Source of the DNA: Leptogorgia sarmentosa
Taxonomy: Eukaryota
Assembly (NCBI GenBank): GCA_964658305.1
Contig: OZ210885.1
Coordinates: forward strand, 15,128,001 to 15,192,000
Reading direction: 5' to 3'
Length of the DNA stretch: 64,000 bases
A model generated the notes under the pieces. That model saw only the letters and a list, made by a program, of their open reading frames with translations. It did no database searches and had not been told where the DNA came from. Of this stretch, positions 63,901-64,000 are shown one piece after another (position 1 is the stretch's first letter; each line of letters opens with the position of its first letter). A program made the position numbers and the translations under genes.

Positions 63901-64000
63901 ATGCCTCGATGTACAATGCTGAGGTTACATTTATTCCAAAATGCGTCTGAATCCACATTTTCAACACCATCGCTAACTTCTTCTGGTAGTTCAAGATCAC
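60962..64000 (-). pseudogene. Multi-exon HMGXB3/KDZ-like transposase gene with SAP motif and C-terminal papain-like domain; runs off the window; in-frame TAG at 61865-61867
   Basis: KMWGGS|GGWLGMTCPHGICYGLKWLLRQEGPRD, VCDIG, FHEKN, ETAEQLN; SAP-like LREIARNLNLSDKGSKVDILNRL; distal GNFSCTIVS...LIDCHQH. Confidence 0.7.

Overview
Eukaryotic, AT-rich, intron-containing DNA, probably from an invertebrate metazoan (cnidarian-like repertoire; this is inference). The window is almost entirely nested transposable elements. Retroelements: three BEL/Pao LTR elements, a truncated L2/CR1-group LINE, and DIRS and Penelope fragments. DNA elements: two hAT elements, a Helitron-type Rep-PIF1 element, an AcademH element (RecQ-like helicase + transposase, 9-bp TSD), a Tc1 relic, an apparently intact two-gene Zator-like element with a PHD finger, an apparently intact Harbinger element, a KDZ/HMGXB3-like gene and many MITEs. 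There is also a ~190-bp satellite. Four things stand out. (1) A BEL internal region runs from an exact tRNA-Lys PBS to the PPT position, but both LTR positions hold a 1089-bp duplication of the host Helitron (intron + exon) rather than a recognisable LTR. (2) Two minimal type-I hammerhead ribozymes lie 249 nt apart beside a Penelope RT fragment, a retrozyme-like arrangement. (3) A gene of ten symmetric phase-1 micro-exons plus a terminal exon encodes an acidic/RG-rich protein with two CCHC knuckles and is invisible in the ORF track. (4) The Zator-like element has TG termini and a spliced 444-aa accessory gene. All family assignments come from motif recognition by eye, not database searches.
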